Assembly (NCBI RefSeq): GCF_006345805.1
Contig: NC_043022.1
Span: forward strand, 5,766,001 to 5,830,000
From: Octopus sinensis
Lineage: Eukaryota
Direction: 5' to 3'
DNA length: 64,000 nt
Part shown: piece after piece, positions 23,086-36,688 of the stretch
Numbering within the stretch: position 1 is the first letter of the stretch
Layout: each line of letters starts with the position of its first letter
The notes under the pieces: generated by a model
What the model was told of the DNA's origin: nothing
What the model saw: the letters and a program-made list of their open reading frames with translations, nothing else
Database searches by the model: none
Translations under genes and position numbers: made by a program

Positions 23086-23124
23086 GCAGTGCCTAGGCCA
23101 TACATTATGAAATAATCCACTTCG

Positions 23125-23320
23125 ATGTGGCAAGCTGGCAGAATCGTTAGCATACCAGGTGAAATGCTCAGCAGTGTTCTATCTGTCTTTGTGTTCTGAG
23201 TTCAAATTCCACTGAATTCAGATTGGAGCCTGGTGCAGCCTTCTGGCTTGCCAGTCCTCAGTCAAACCATCCAACCCATGCCAGTATGGAGAGCGAACGT
23301 TAAACGATGATGATGATGAT
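23125..23320 (+). mobile_element. SINE D head joined to a family C tail
   Basis: D head to about 23218, then CAGATTGGAGCCTGGTGCAGCC...AAACGATGATG. Confidence 0.75.
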
Positions 23321-23324
23321 ATAT

Positions 23325-23483
23325 ATCAGGAGTGACTGTGCAGTAAGAAGCTTGCTTCCCAACCACATGGTTCTGGGTTCTGTCCCATAGCATGGCACCT
23401 CAGGCAAGTGTCTTCTACTATATCCTCAGGTTGACCAAAGCCTTGTAGAGGATCTGGTACACAGAAACTGAAAGAAGCCCATC

Positions 23484-23517
<34 letters not shown>

Positions 23518-23685
23518 ATGTATTTGTGTGTCTGTTTATCTCCCCACCATCACTTATGTTCCCGTAACTTAGCGGTTCAGCAATAGGGTCTGATAGAATA
23601 GTACAAGGCTTACAAAGAATAAATCCTGGGGTCGATTTCTTTGACTAAAGGCGGTGCTCCAGCAAGTAAAAAAATAAAAGAGTGT
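23325..23685 (+). mobile_element. SINE family A (older)
   Basis: Diverged near-full copy. Confidence 0.85.
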
Positions 23686-24301
23686 ATATGTGTATATATA
23701 TATATACGTGTGTATATGATATATACTTATATATATATATATATATATTTAAATGGATGAATGTGAGTTCATCCTTTAATTGGAGTAATTTCCAAAGATT
23801 TCTAATTTCTTTTTTTTATACTTTACTTTTGAATTTACTTCTATAAATTCGTACAGGTATGAAAACTTGTATAGAAATAATTAGTGTATGATTTAACTTA
23901 TTAAACGAAGTTCAATAAAATATTTATATTCATATTTGTATAAATGGAGAGGATTAGATGTTAAAATGGATTATAGTTTTTATCTTTCATGTTGCTGTAC
24001 AATTTGTTTCCTACAAAAAGACTCAGATATTGAGAATAGAAAAATCAGAATAGTCAAATTTGTATTCATCGGTAGCTGGGATAAAAGCTAAAAAAGACGT
24101 TAGAAGTACATAGATTTTTCTCTTCATTATCATATTGTAATAATGTGTTCGTTCTTGCAGTCATGTCTATTTTAAACAAGACTCATTCGATTAGAAATTG
24201 TGTTAACCTCATGGAGGGATGGTTTCATCCAAGGAAATACTGGTTCAAAACCTAGTACTTTTGGGGGAATTAATTTCCTTAAAATAATAGGTGTATATAT
24301 A

Positions 24302-24867
24302 TTGGGTCATCCAGAAAATTCGTGCTGATTTTTAAAGGAAAGAAAAAGGTCAATAAATACTTGCCATTACATTTTTAATCAACCAAATATGAACCATTTT
24401 GTTGCACAATGCGTCTCCATCTTTCCTTTAACTTGAAAATACCCTCTTCCCAGAAATGAGGTGGTTTCATGGCAAAGGATTCATCAAGGTATCTTATTAC
24501 ATCATCCAAGGAATTGAAATTTTTACTATTAAGACTATTCTGCAGAGACCTGAATAAGTGGAAATCTGAAGGAGCAATATCTGGTGAATATGGAGGGTGG
24601 GGTAACACATCCCAACCGAGCTGCAGCAATTTTTGTCTGGTTCCCAAAGCATCAAGTGCCAAAAATGAACTTTCTCATCTTCCATTTTAAAGTGTTACAG
24701 AATTAACACAGGTTATAGGAACATAAACCTTCTTCCACGAAAAGATAGCTTAAACTGTGCTCTAAGTGGAGGTGTTGTCAAATCCTATTTCATGGACTCA
24801 ACCATGTTCTAAAATAAGTCAAAAGGTAAGCTACTATAAATCGGCATGAACTTTCCTGACAACCCAA
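24302..24867 (-). mobile_element. Internally deleted mariner element
   Basis: Imperfect TIRs TTGGGTCATCCAGAAAATTCGTGC / GCATGAACTTTCCTGACAACCCAA with TA flanks. N-terminal MEDEKVHFWHLMLWE fused out of frame to C-terminal LGWDVLPHPPYSPDIAPSDFHLFRSL. Confidence 0.9.
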
Positions 24868-24885
24868 TAAAAGTATATAGTATAT

Positions 24886-25290
24886 AGGCGCAGGAGTGGC
24901 TGTGTGGTAAGTAGCTTGCTAACCAACCACATGGTTCCGGGTTCAGTCCCACTGCGTGGCAACTTGGACAAGTGTCTTCTGCTATAGCCCCGGGCCGACC
25001 AATGCCTTGTGAGTGGATTTGGTAGACGGAAACTGAAAGAAGCCTGTCGTATATATGTGTATATATATGTGTGTGTATATGTTTGTGTGTCTGTGTTTGT
25101 CCCCCTAGCATTGCTTGACAACCGATGCTGGTGTGTTTTACGTCACTTAGCGGTTCGGCAAAAGAGACCGATAGAATATACTGCCTTATAAAAGAATAAG
25201 TCCCGGGGTCGATTTGCTCGACTATAGGCGGTGCTCCAGCATGGCCGCAGTCAAATGATGAAACAAGTAAAAGAGTAAAAGAGTAAAGAG
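24886..25290 (+). mobile_element. SINE family A, young full copy
   Basis: Near-consensus sequence. Confidence 0.92.
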
Positions 25291-25419
25291 TTTATTTTCA
25301 TTTAAAAGAAGAAGAAAATGGAGTTTGGGAATTTAATATTTGTTTGTTATTAACAGCAAATAAATCATCTTCACTTACAGCTGTAATAATAAACAATTAT
25401 TTTCATCCCAATCTCCATG

Positions 25420-25471
<52 letters not shown>

Positions 25472-26189
25472 ACCGGTATAAAGATGCTTGTCTAAAACGC
25501 TTCAAGGTAGAACTGAACCGAGAACCGCTTGGTTGGAAAGATAAACTCCTCTACCCCTTATGTTCATACGTGACTAAGATTTATAAACGATTTTATGGCC
25601 AATCATTCAGCTGACCACCCCTAATTAAGAGACAAGCCAAATGAAGTGTAGCTAATCAAGCGCAGCCCTTGAGAAAGACAAAGTTTGTTTCCCTTCAGTA
25701 GAAATGTCAGATTAAGACCCAGCCACGGAAGATCATGGAGATTTAATGGCAGCATCTGCTACTTCTGTGATAAGTTGTAATGTCGGAATATGTTGAGAAG
25801 AAATAAATGTAGTAAAAAGACAGACAATATTTGTATAAATATGTCAGCAGTGCAACCGAACAGATGAATGATTCAATTATTGTGGTATATTCTCTAAAAC
25901 TAAACTTATGAGGTTCTGGTGACAATGTAGAACATTAAGATATTGACTGATTTAATTCGTTTTATCTGAGAGATGAATTGATGCATAAAGCAGTGAAGAG
26001 GATTCGTAGTCAGAAGAGAAACTTTTTAAACGTCTGTAGTCTGTGACCTGCTTAAATGACCTCTATGCCCTCTGACCTCTGTAACGTGTGATCTTTAGAA
26101 ACTCTTTTTATCCAGACAGTATTTGCAAACTATATACTTTAACACTTTAGCATTTAAACCAGCCACATCAAGCTCGAATATTCTACCTG

Positions 26190-27024
26190 TTTTATCTTCA
26201 AACTGGCCAGGTCTGACCTCTCACACCTACCCACACAGGTTTGGGTGGCTGCACAGCTAGAGTTAGACAACGGTTAATAACATTCGATGTTGATAATGCC
26301 TGGATTGTTCCATTCAACCCTTTGCTTTCCAAAACATTTAATGCACACATTAATGTTGAGTACTGCAGTTCGGTGAGATGCATACAATACATCTGCAAGT
26401 ACATTAATAAGGGCGATGATATGGTCATGTTTGTGTTCAGTGATGAAGACCTTAGACATGACAAAATTAAAAAATTTGTTTTGGGTAGGTATGTATCCTC
26501 CAATTATGCAGTGTGGCGCATTTTTCGATATGAGATTCATCTAAGCTCACCATCAGTTTTCCACCTGAATGTTCATCTACAGAAGAGACAGCTGGTTTAC
26601 TTCACAGAGAAAAATGCACGTCAAGTCATTGAAAATCCAAAAGGGACTACGCTTACAGCGTTTTTTAAATTGTGTTCAGTTGATGAGTTTGCTGCTACTC
26701 TCATTTACCCTGAAGTACCGGAATATTACACATACAACAACAATAATTGGAAGCGCATGTCACATGGAACAGAACTTGACAATTGGCCCGGTGTTTCTAG
26801 GAAGAACGTCATTGGGCGTGTGTATAATATTCATCCTACCAAACAGGAAATCTTTTTGAGAATGCTACTTCATGTAGTTACTGGACCGAAGTCTTTTGCT
26901 GATCTTCGCACGGTTGATGGTATCATCTGCGCCACTTACAGGGAAGCATGTTTGAGGCGCGGACTTCTTCTCAATGACGACCACTTACACAGGACATTAG
27001 CAAAGGCCTCAAAATGAAATTAAT

Positions 27025-27063
<39 letters not shown>

Positions 27064-27114
27064 CTATATATAAATATGTATATATAATGTATATATACAA
27101 AGTGTATATATCTG

Positions 27115-27150
<36 letters not shown>

Positions 27151-27211
27151 GTATACATTTATATATATACCACACTCTTACCCGCACATAGAGCGGGTCA
27201 CCTTCAGCTAG
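26190..27211 (+). mobile_element. Helitron fragment: Rep motif-3 region plus 3' terminus
   Basis: ORF about 26270-27017: DNAWIVPFNP...HINVEYC...QYICKYINKG...GRYVSS...LRMLLHVVTGPKSFADLRTVDG...YREACLRRGLL. Hairpin ACCCGC/GCGGGT at 27180-27198, then CTAG|T at 27208-27212. 5' boundary uncertain. Confidence 0.9.
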
Positions 27212-27581
27212 TATATATATATATAAAGTGTAGGTGGCATACGAGTGGGTATATATTTATAAAAAAGAAGTTTGAAAACGCCACTATATAAGATAAATTT
27301 TAATTTTCTTAGAGATTTTACATGTTTTGGTTCTTCTTGAAAAAACGAACCTTATCAAAAATATTTTTAAAAGTTAAGTGTAATAAAAAAAGTTCATAAT
27401 TGTTTCTTACTAGTCTCAACAGAGTCCACATTGTGGTGTTTTGTGGGGGAGAGCATAATGGCTGTCTTTTGTGTTGACTAGAATCGTTGGCTGTAATCAA
27501 GCACACCATCATATACATACATACATATTATACATACATATATATACATATATTATATATATATATATATATTATATATAT

Positions 27582-27694
<113 letters not shown>

Positions 27695-27731
27695 TATATA
27701 TATATTATATATATATATATTATATATATAT

Positions 27732-27762
<31 letters not shown>

Positions 27763-27769
27763 ATATATA

Positions 27770-27925
27770 GGGGGTGGTGAAATGTTCCTGGCTTTAAGGG
27801 TATCATGAAAGGCTTGGTTAGGGTCCCAACCTTCCCATTCTTTTACAGGGCTTAGAAAAGCTGAAGGACTACTGCAATAAGTGTGTGAATCTGAGAGGGG
27901 AATATTTTGAATAAAATCATAATTT
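27770..27925. mobile_element. Partial copy of the MITE at 9430-9655
   Basis: GGGGGTGGTGAAATGTTCCTGGCTTTAAGGGT TIR and internal homology. Confidence 0.8.
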
Positions 27926-27991
27926 CCTCCAATGCGCTAACAATCCTGCCAGCTCGTTGCCTTATACACAGTTGTAATATTGAAGACAAAG

Positions 27992-28381
27992 TGGAGGCGC
28001 AATGGCCCAGTGGTTAGGGCAGCGGACTCGCGGTCGTAGGATCGCGGTTTCGATTCCCAGACCGGGCGTTGTGAGTGTTTATTGAGCGAAAACACCTAAA
28101 GCACCACGAGGCTCCGGCAGGGGATGGTGGTGATCCCTGCTGTACTCCTTCACCACAACTTTCTCTCACTCTTACTTCCTGTTTCTGTTGTACCTGTATT
28201 TCAAAGGGCCGGCCTTGTCACTCTCTGTGTCATGCTGAATATCCCCGAGAACTACGTTAAGGGTGCACGTGTCTGTGGAGTGCTCAGCCACTTACACGTT
28301 GATTTCACGATCAGGCTGTTCCGTTGATCGGATCAACTGGAACCCTCATCGTCGTAACCGACGGAGTGCTTCCATCCATCC
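27992..28381 (+). mobile_element. SINE family B, full length with 13-bp TSD
   Basis: TSD ATTGAAGACAAAG at 27979-27991 and 28382-28394; (TCCA)n tail. Confidence 0.95.
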
Positions 28382-28469
28382 ATTGAAGACAAAGCAAATA
28401 GTAATATTTTGAAATCGTTTAACCCATCCATTTCAGATTTGTGTAAGATATAACAGGAAACACATTGAT

Positions 28470-28841
28470 TACGCAAGGCCTTCTTCATCTTGTCCTGGGG
28501 TCACACTGAAGAATGACCTCAGGGTGCTGAATCTTTCAGGCAAGATGGCAAAGCACCGAGATGCCTGGCACCTTACTGCAATCAAGAAGATCCATACTCC
28601 ACACCACAAGTGTTTAGGCCGCTCCTTCTGGTTGTGTAATGCACTCATGGTGGTGCCATGTAAAAGTGTCCATGCAATGCCACATAAAAGCAGTCGTCAC
28701 ACTCTGTAAAGTGGTTGGCATGTTAGGAAGGGCATCCAGCTGTTCTAGAAACCGTACTAAGTCAGACTGGAGACTGGTGCAGCTCCCTTAGCTTGCAGCT
28801 CTGGTCACACTCTCCAACCCACACCAGCATGGACAACGGAT

Positions 28842-28907
<66 letters not shown>

Positions 28908-29185
28908 GAACTTGATGAAAACATTTCAATATGTATATATGTGATTAGAGCAGTAATTTGGTTATGAAGTTAGGAGGTCTTGTAGCCATGGATGGTGACC
29001 TCACAAGGGCAGGTGCCATGTAAAAGGGCACCCAGTACTCTCTGTAAAATAGTTGGTGTCAGGAAGAGCATCCAGCTGAGGAAACCTCGCCAAAGCAGAC
29101 GATGGAGCACAGTGCAATCCTTGGACCTGTCTGATCCTGCCAGCATGGAACAAGGATATAAAATGATGTACATCATGTCCCTGCA
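28470..29185 (+). mobile_element. Two RTE 3' fragments, the first with ORF2 C-terminus
   Basis: LKNDLRVLNLSGKMAKHRDAW, then the family C block and tail; second C copy at 28985-29185. Confidence 0.7.
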
Positions 29186-29649
29186 TGTTAGTTAAAAGGG
29201 TTGTCATTAGGGAGAATCTCTGGCCTTAAAACACTCCATCAAAAAAAAAAAAAAGAAAAAATCTGACCCATGCCTACATGGAAATGTGGAAGTAAAACAC
29301 TGACAATCTCTCCAATCAAAATAAAACCATGGCTACCACAACAACAACAACAACGAAATACAGGCTTGTTGCCTCAAAACCCTCAACAGGTTGCATCTAA
29401 ACTCTGCACTCCACCCTCATCCGCACACACACTCCAGCCCCTCCACACACACAGTATTGAATAAATAAACAAATTAAAGTGTTTTAAGAGTATTAACCGG
29501 ATCCAAGAGCAAAGCCAACATCTGCGACAACAAGGAATGATAGCTTCTCGGATGAATAATTACACCGAATTATAGTTCCAGCAGCCGGGGGGGAGGGGGT
29601 GGAGGGGTAGAGTTAGGTTATCGATATAACGAGGGGGGGAGCCAAGGAT

Positions 29650-30357
29650 TATGATTCTTATTATTATTACTATCATCATCATCATCATCATCTTTACCAT
29701 CATCACCACTACCACTATCACCACCACCGCCATCATCGTCACCGCCACCACCATCACCACCACCATCATCATCGTCATCATCATCACCACCACCACTACC
29801 GCCATCATTGTCACCACCACCACCATCGTCATTGTCATCATCACTACCACCACTACCACCATCACCACCATCACCATCATCACACTCCCCCCACCACCTC
29901 ACCCCACCACCACCACCATCATCATCACCACTACCACCACCACTACCACCACCACCACCATCATCATCACCACTACCACCACCACCATCACCACCACCAC
30001 CATTGTCATCATTGTCACCACCACCATCACCACCACCACCATCATCATTATCATCATCATCATCGTCACCACCACCATCATCACCACCACTACTACCACC
30101 ACCACCATCATCATCATCACCACTACCACCACCACCACCATCATCATCACCACTACCACCACCACCACCACCACCATCGTCATTGTCATCATCACTACCA
30201 CCACTACCACCATCACCACCATCACCATCATCACCACTACCACCACCACCATCACCACCATCATCATCACCACTACCACCACCACCATCACCACCACCAC
30301 CATTGTCATCATTGTCACCACCACCACCATTGTCATCATTGTCACCACCACCACCAT

Positions 30358-30389
<32 letters not shown>

Positions 30390-30427
30390 TCGTCACCACC
30401 ACCATCATCATCACCACCACTACTAGC

Positions 30428-30458
<31 letters not shown>

Positions 30459-30540
30459 CCACCACCATCACCACCATCAACATCTTCATCTTCGTCATCA
30501 TCGTCATCATCATCATTGTCGTCATCATTATTATTATGAT
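29650..30540. repeat. (CAT/CAC)n compound trinucleotide tract with higher-order duplication
   Basis: Blocks such as ATCGTCATTGTCATCATCACTACC recur at about 29825 and 30178. Open in several frames. Confidence 0.95.
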
Positions 30541-30929
30541 TAGGATTCGTCTGTGTCTCGTCCTCCATGTTTTCTGTTCAGCCCTGGTGGCCAACAAAGA
30601 AAGTATTATTATCATTATTATTGTTGTTGTTGTTGTTGTTGTTGTTTGCCTGATTTATTAATTGCATCGAAGCAGAAGACTTGTTGATTTGATTAAATTT
30701 CATCAGTCATAATTAGTCGAAACAAAAAAAACACGGAGAAGAAGATCTGCTCGTTAAAACGAAATATAATTTAATCTTTTAATTAATTACATTTGTAAAA
30801 AGTTAATACAAGATGTGAGAAGTGTGGGGGAGTGGGGGTGAGGCGGGGGATTGAAGTGGTGGTCGAGGGCGGAAGACATGGCGTTTCACTTGAATTTAAT
30901 AGTTCTGGGTAGTGAGGGCAAAAATGACT

Positions 30930-30937
30930 GAATGTGT

Positions 30938-30968
<31 letters not shown>

Positions 30969-31287
30969 GATGTGTGTGTGTGTGTGCGTTGTGTGTGTGT
31001 GTGTGCATGTGTGTGTGCGTGTGTGTGTGTGCATCAGAGTGTGTGTGTGTGTGTGTTTGTACGTGCATCAGAGTGCATGTCTGTGTGTGTGTGTGAATGT
31101 GTATGTGGTCACCTTTGTGCATAAATTTCTGTATGTGTGTGTGTGTGTGTGTGTGTAACTGTGAGTCTGTATGGGTGTGTAGGAGTACATGTGTGCCTCA
31201 GATAGAAAGCGTGTGTCTAGGGGGTAACTATGTGTGAGTATCTGTGACGGAATGTGTGTGTCTGTTATAGTGTGTGTGTCTCTCTCT

Positions 31288-31325
<38 letters not shown>

Positions 31326-31590
31326 CTCATCTACAGATGTGCACTTGAGTGTGTGTGTGTGTGGTGTATCTGTGGCAGAGTATGTGTGTGTGTGTGCATG
31401 TGGGTGTATGTGTCTGTGACAGTGTGTCTGTCAATGCACATTTCTCTGTGTGTGTGTGTGTGTGTGTGAGTTTATGTGTGTATCTGTGGCAGAGTATGTG
31501 TGCATGTGGGTGTATGTGTCTGTGACAGTGTGTGTATATATTCATCTGTCAATGCACATTTGTGTGTGTGGTGTGTGTGTGTGTGTGTTG
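30930..31590. repeat. (GT)n-based low-complexity tract
   Basis: Direct reading. Confidence 0.92.
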
Positions 31591-32120
31591 GTAGGTTTGT
31601 TTACATTCTTATGACACCTCAACTGTCTGTTTATCTTTTTTGTTAATTCTAACACAGTTTTTGGTGAAACAACATTTTACTTCGTTTTTTCCCTTTTTTT
31701 TTTCCTTTCCCCTTCCACCCCCTACTTACAAATTACAAAGGAGCAGGCTGTGACCCCAACCTGTGAAGACCCTCCAGGATCAGTCAATGATCTTGATGTC
31801 ATTGACATTCCATTGGAACTATTACAGAACAATACATGCCAAAAGACATGTGCAGGAAGAAGATTCCAGAGGGATTATGCTCGGGGGAGAAAGGAATGGT
31901 CATAGCGGTAAGGAAGAGTCATATTAATAAAGACCGTAATCAGATCCACCAGTTGTTGCTTGTCTACATTTCAATTCTTTCCCGTTTTCCAAAACATAGA
32001 ACATCTTATATTTTATCTATCATTTTTTAATTTTCAGCCATTCCATTGTGGCCATGCTGAGGCACCGCCTTCAAGAATTTTTAGTTGAATAAATAGCACC
32101 TAGTACTTATTTTTTTTTAA

Positions 32121-32341
32121 CCCTTTAGTGTTCAGATTACTCTGTTAAATGTAATACTTTTTCACTCAAATTGTTTTTAATTAATCCTGCATTATCTTAT
32201 AACTTTTGAGGTTTCAGTGATGTGATTGTTTATTTTTAGCATGACATTGTAGGTTTGGTGTGAGAGGCCAGATATCGCCTGTTTCAATATAAAACTTTTA
32301 GAACATTTGGGCCGGATGTGGCCGGTTTAAACACTAAAGGG
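32121..32341. mobile_element. piggyBac-type MITE inserted in a SINE A
   Basis: Perfect 12-bp TIR CCCTTTAGTGTT/AACACTAAAGGG; TTAA TSD at 32117-32120 and 32342-32345; host SINE A (minus) at about 32033-32372. Confidence 0.92.
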
Positions 32342-32371
32342 TTAAAGCTTGGTATTTATTCTATCAGTCTG

Positions 32372-32628
32372 TTTATGGAAGACCAGCAGTCGCCCATGCA
32401 TACCGGCCTTCCCTCACTCCACCACTGATGTTATCCAAGAGAGAGTCAAAGGCTGACACAGCATGACACCAGTGATGTTGGAATTCATTTCTACAGATGA
32501 GTGAACTGGAGCAATGTGAAATAAAGCGTCTTGCTCAAGAACACAACACACAACCCGGTCCAGGAATTGAACTCACTACCTCATGATTGTGGGCCCGGTA
32601 CTCTAAGCACTGAGCCATGCACCTTCAC
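32372..32628 (-). mobile_element. SINE family E
   Basis: tRNA-like head GTGAAGGTGCATGGCTCAGTG...GAGTTCAATTCC, then CTTGAGCAAGAC block; partial second copy at 32747-32868. Confidence 0.8.
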
Positions 32629-33512
32629 AAGGTAATAAAGACAGATCATCTTACCAGAGTTAATTGTGTCTTAGGAGGAGAGGATGGAGAAGACGTAGTA
32701 GAAGAAGAGTGCAAGGTTCCAGGAGTTGGTGGGGCATTGTTTAAACCTGGAGCAATGTGAAATAAAGTGTCTTGCTCAAGAACGCAACACACAGTCCATT
32801 CCAGGAATTGAACTCACAACTTCACAGTTGTAAGCCTTACACTTTAACCACTGAGCAAAGTGCCTTCACAGACATTATTTAACTACAGGGAAGCAAAAGA
32901 CGATATTTCTCAAAGAGGAAATGAAGTTGGACCTCTACAGGTCAAGATGTGGCACCTGAGGATTCATAGAAGCAACTGGTTTATCTCTAACCAGTGACCT
33001 TACAACAGGTCATCATTAGATGGACTTTATATGATATACCAACTACCTTGAATACAATGGACGGTTTAAAGTACATGGCCAGCACAAGATAAAGCCAAGA
33101 TGGGAATATAAAATCTTAATAATGAGTGAAACACACTCAAAATATCGAATTAAAGAAAAATATTAAACGTTATTTAAACACATCGGATGTTATGACACAA
33201 ATGAACGTTTGTAAGAAGTGTGCAGACTCTTAAGAGGAAACGTGTTAAAAGTATATTAAAATTAAATAGGTTCTCCAACGCAGCTACACTCAACCGACTT
33301 TAGCAAGTGAGAGACTGGAGCCAGTAAAAATTATATTATGTACACAGCAAGTTCCCAGTAGATGTAAAGATTAAATTAGAATTTCTAGATACAGGAATGA
33401 CTGGAATTGAAAAAGTTGGCTTTGCAGCCACTTGGTTCAATCACTGGACACACTGTATGCACACAGATACACACAAACACGTATATACACTCACATACAT
33501 GTACATACATGC

Positions 33513-33543
<31 letters not shown>

Positions 33544-33615
33544 GCGCCTAATAATAATACTTTAATTGTCCACGTGTTATTGTTTTCTCTTTGTCATTTC
33601 ATGTTTGGATTAACT

Positions 33616-33617
<2 letters not shown>

Positions 33618-33695
<78 letters not shown>

Positions 33696-33787
33696 TATAT
33701 AATATATATATATATCAATATATATATTATATATATATATATATATTATATATATATATATTATATAATATATATATATATATATAT

Positions 33788-33844
<57 letters not shown>

Positions 33845-33868
33845 ATATATTATATATATATATTATAT

Positions 33869-33899
<31 letters not shown>

Positions 33900-34110
33900 C
33901 TATATATATATTATATATAATATATATATATATATATCAATATATATATATATATATCTATATATATATATCAATATATAATATATATATATTTATATGT
34001 ATATATGTATATATATATATATCAATATATATATATATTATATATATATATATAATATATATATATATTAATATATATATATATATATAGATGTATGTAT
34101 GTATATATAT
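33618..34110. repeat. (TA)n tract, about 490 bp
   Basis: Direct reading. Confidence 0.98.
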
Positions 34111-34269
34111 TGATTTAACATCCATATTTTGAGGCTCAGGTGACCAGCTGAATAATTGGAAATATGTAACTTGGAGTATTGGAATTATTGAGCTCTATAA
34201 TTCATCACTTCTTGCTGCATCAACAGAGTTTGGTATGTGTATACGGTGATCATCATCATCATCATCATC

Positions 34270-34349
<80 letters not shown>

Positions 34350-34584
34350 TATCATCATCATCATCATCATTTTCATGCCTACTTTTCCATGCTTTCAGGG
34401 GTCAAACAGTATTTTTCAAGGCAGATTATCTATAGTTGGATGCCCTTCCTGGTGCCAACACTCATTTGGGCTACAGTAGAAGACATTTGCTCAAGGTGCC
34501 ATGCAGCAAGACTGAACCCAGAACCCTGTGGGTGGAAAGCAAGTTCCTTACCACACAGTCATGCCTGCACCTATATATATATGT

Positions 34585-34818
34585 AAAGGTGGCGAGCTGG
34601 CAAAAACGTTAGCATGCCGGGCGAAATGCGTAGCCGTATTTTGTCTGCCACTACGTTCTGAGTTCAAATTCCGCCAAGGTCGACTTTGCCTTTCATCCCT
34701 TCGGGGTCGATAAATAAAGTACCAGTTTCGCACTGGGGTTGATGTAATCGACTTAATCCCTTTGTCTGTCCTTGTTTGTCCCCTCTGTGTTTAGCCCCTT
34801 GTGGGTAGTAAAGAAATA
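34585..34818 (+). mobile_element. SINE family D, full length
   Basis: B-box GAGTTCAAATTCC. GTCGACTTTGCCTTTCATCCCTTCGGGGTCGATAAATAAAGTACC resembles a conserved SINE central domain (Meta-like, from recall). Confidence 0.88.
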
Positions 34819-35684
34819 TATATGTATATGTACATGATGGGGCTTCTTTCAGCTTCCGTCTACCAAATCCACTGACAAGGCTTCAGTCAGCCTGAGGCTA
34901 TAGTAGAAGACACTTGCCCAAGGTGCCATGAAGTGGGACTGAACCCAGAACCATGTGGTTGGGAAGTACACTTCTTAGCAACACAGCCACGCCTGTCTGT
35001 GGAATATTGCAATTCAAAGAGCAGGTGGTTGAATGGATCTAACGACAACCAGCTTACTCATCATCAAAAACCGACAGCAACATCCGCGGACTTTAATGGT
35101 TCGCTCTTCCGTTGAATTATCCACGATAACAGTTATTTGTTCCTTCAACCTCTGCGCTACACCTTAACTACCTCCCCCAACTGCACCACCGCCAACACCA
35201 CCACCATTACTATCACAAGCAATCTGCTCTCCCCTTGCATATAAATTCATAGGCTTTGATCCAGAGATCTCCCTGCTGGCTCTTTGCATCCCGCCATCCG
35301 ACTGACCTGCCTGCCGTGCAATCGACCTCACCAACTACCCCGCTACTACCACCACCCTCCACCTCCTTGCGTGTGTATATGCGTGTTTGTATTTGCTGCT
35401 CTGTGTGTGTGTGTGTGTGTGTGTTCTGTGTTAGGGGTTGTATTAGTCACTGTTACGTAGATATTAAGGATCTCAGACAAAACCAGACGGGATCAAGGGA
35501 TCAGAAGTGAAGGTAGCAGCCATTATCTGGGAAATTACTTTTCCTTGGAAGTGTGTGGTGGCCAGGGGAAGGCCATTAAAGGGTCCACATTTAGTTTGTG
35601 AGAGAGAGCGTCTGTGTATGTTGTGTGTGTGTGTGTGTGATAATTTGTACTTGTACAGATTTACACAGGCACATATATATATAT

Positions 35685-35729
<45 letters not shown>

Positions 35730-35799
35730 TACATAAAGATATATATATATATATAATATATATATATATTATATATATATATAATATATATATATATAT

Positions 35800-35826
35800 A
35801 TAATATACATACATAACATATATATA

Positions 35827-35857
<31 letters not shown>

Positions 35858-36099
35858 GTATATACTTTTGCATATATATGTGTGTGTATGTGTGTGTATA
35901 TATATAACAGAATGTGCATGTGTATAATTGTGCTTACATATGTGTAAACAACATACGCATACACACACACACACACATACACACACACAATGGGGTGGGG
36001 TGGGGTGGAGAGAGAATGGTTTCCAAATTGTAGTTATTTGTTAATCTGTCTTTAAATAGTAGTTTATCCTCCGTGTCCCTAAACGCCACATCTATTCCT

Positions 36100-36131
<32 letters not shown>

Positions 36132-36231
36132 TTATCTACATGTCCATATATACAGAGCCACATATATACATATATTTATATATATATATATATATACACA
36201 CAGACATATATTTGTGTGTATGTAATATATA

Positions 36232-36281
<50 letters not shown>

Positions 36282-36688
36282 CATACATAAACATATATAT
36301 ATGGTGTGTGTGTGTATATATATATATATATGTATATACTTTTGCATATATATGTGTGTGTATGTGTGTGTATATATATAACAGATGTGCATGTGTATAA
36401 TTGTGCTTACATATGTGTAAACAACATACGCATACACACACACACACACATACACACACACAATGGGGTGGGGTGGGGTGGAGAGAGAAATGGTTTCCAA
36501 ATTGTAGTTATTTGTTAATCTGTCTTTAAATAGTAGTTTATCCTCCGTGTCCCTAAACGCCACATCTATTCCTCCACACACACACACACACACACACATT
36601 TATCTACATGTCCATATATACAGAGCCACATATATACATATATTTATATATATACACACAGACATATATTTGTGTGTAGTTAAATATA

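Noticed and set aside
27992-28070. tRNA genes in SINE heads (families A, B, D, E)
   Set aside because: A/B boxes are present, but there is no proper acceptor stem or terminator, and each continues into a SINE body.
29618-30661. 316-aa Asp/Gly-rich and 336-aa Thr/Ile-rich ORFs
   Set aside because: Overlapping open frames on both strands of a (CAT/CAC)n tract; expected from triplet repeats.
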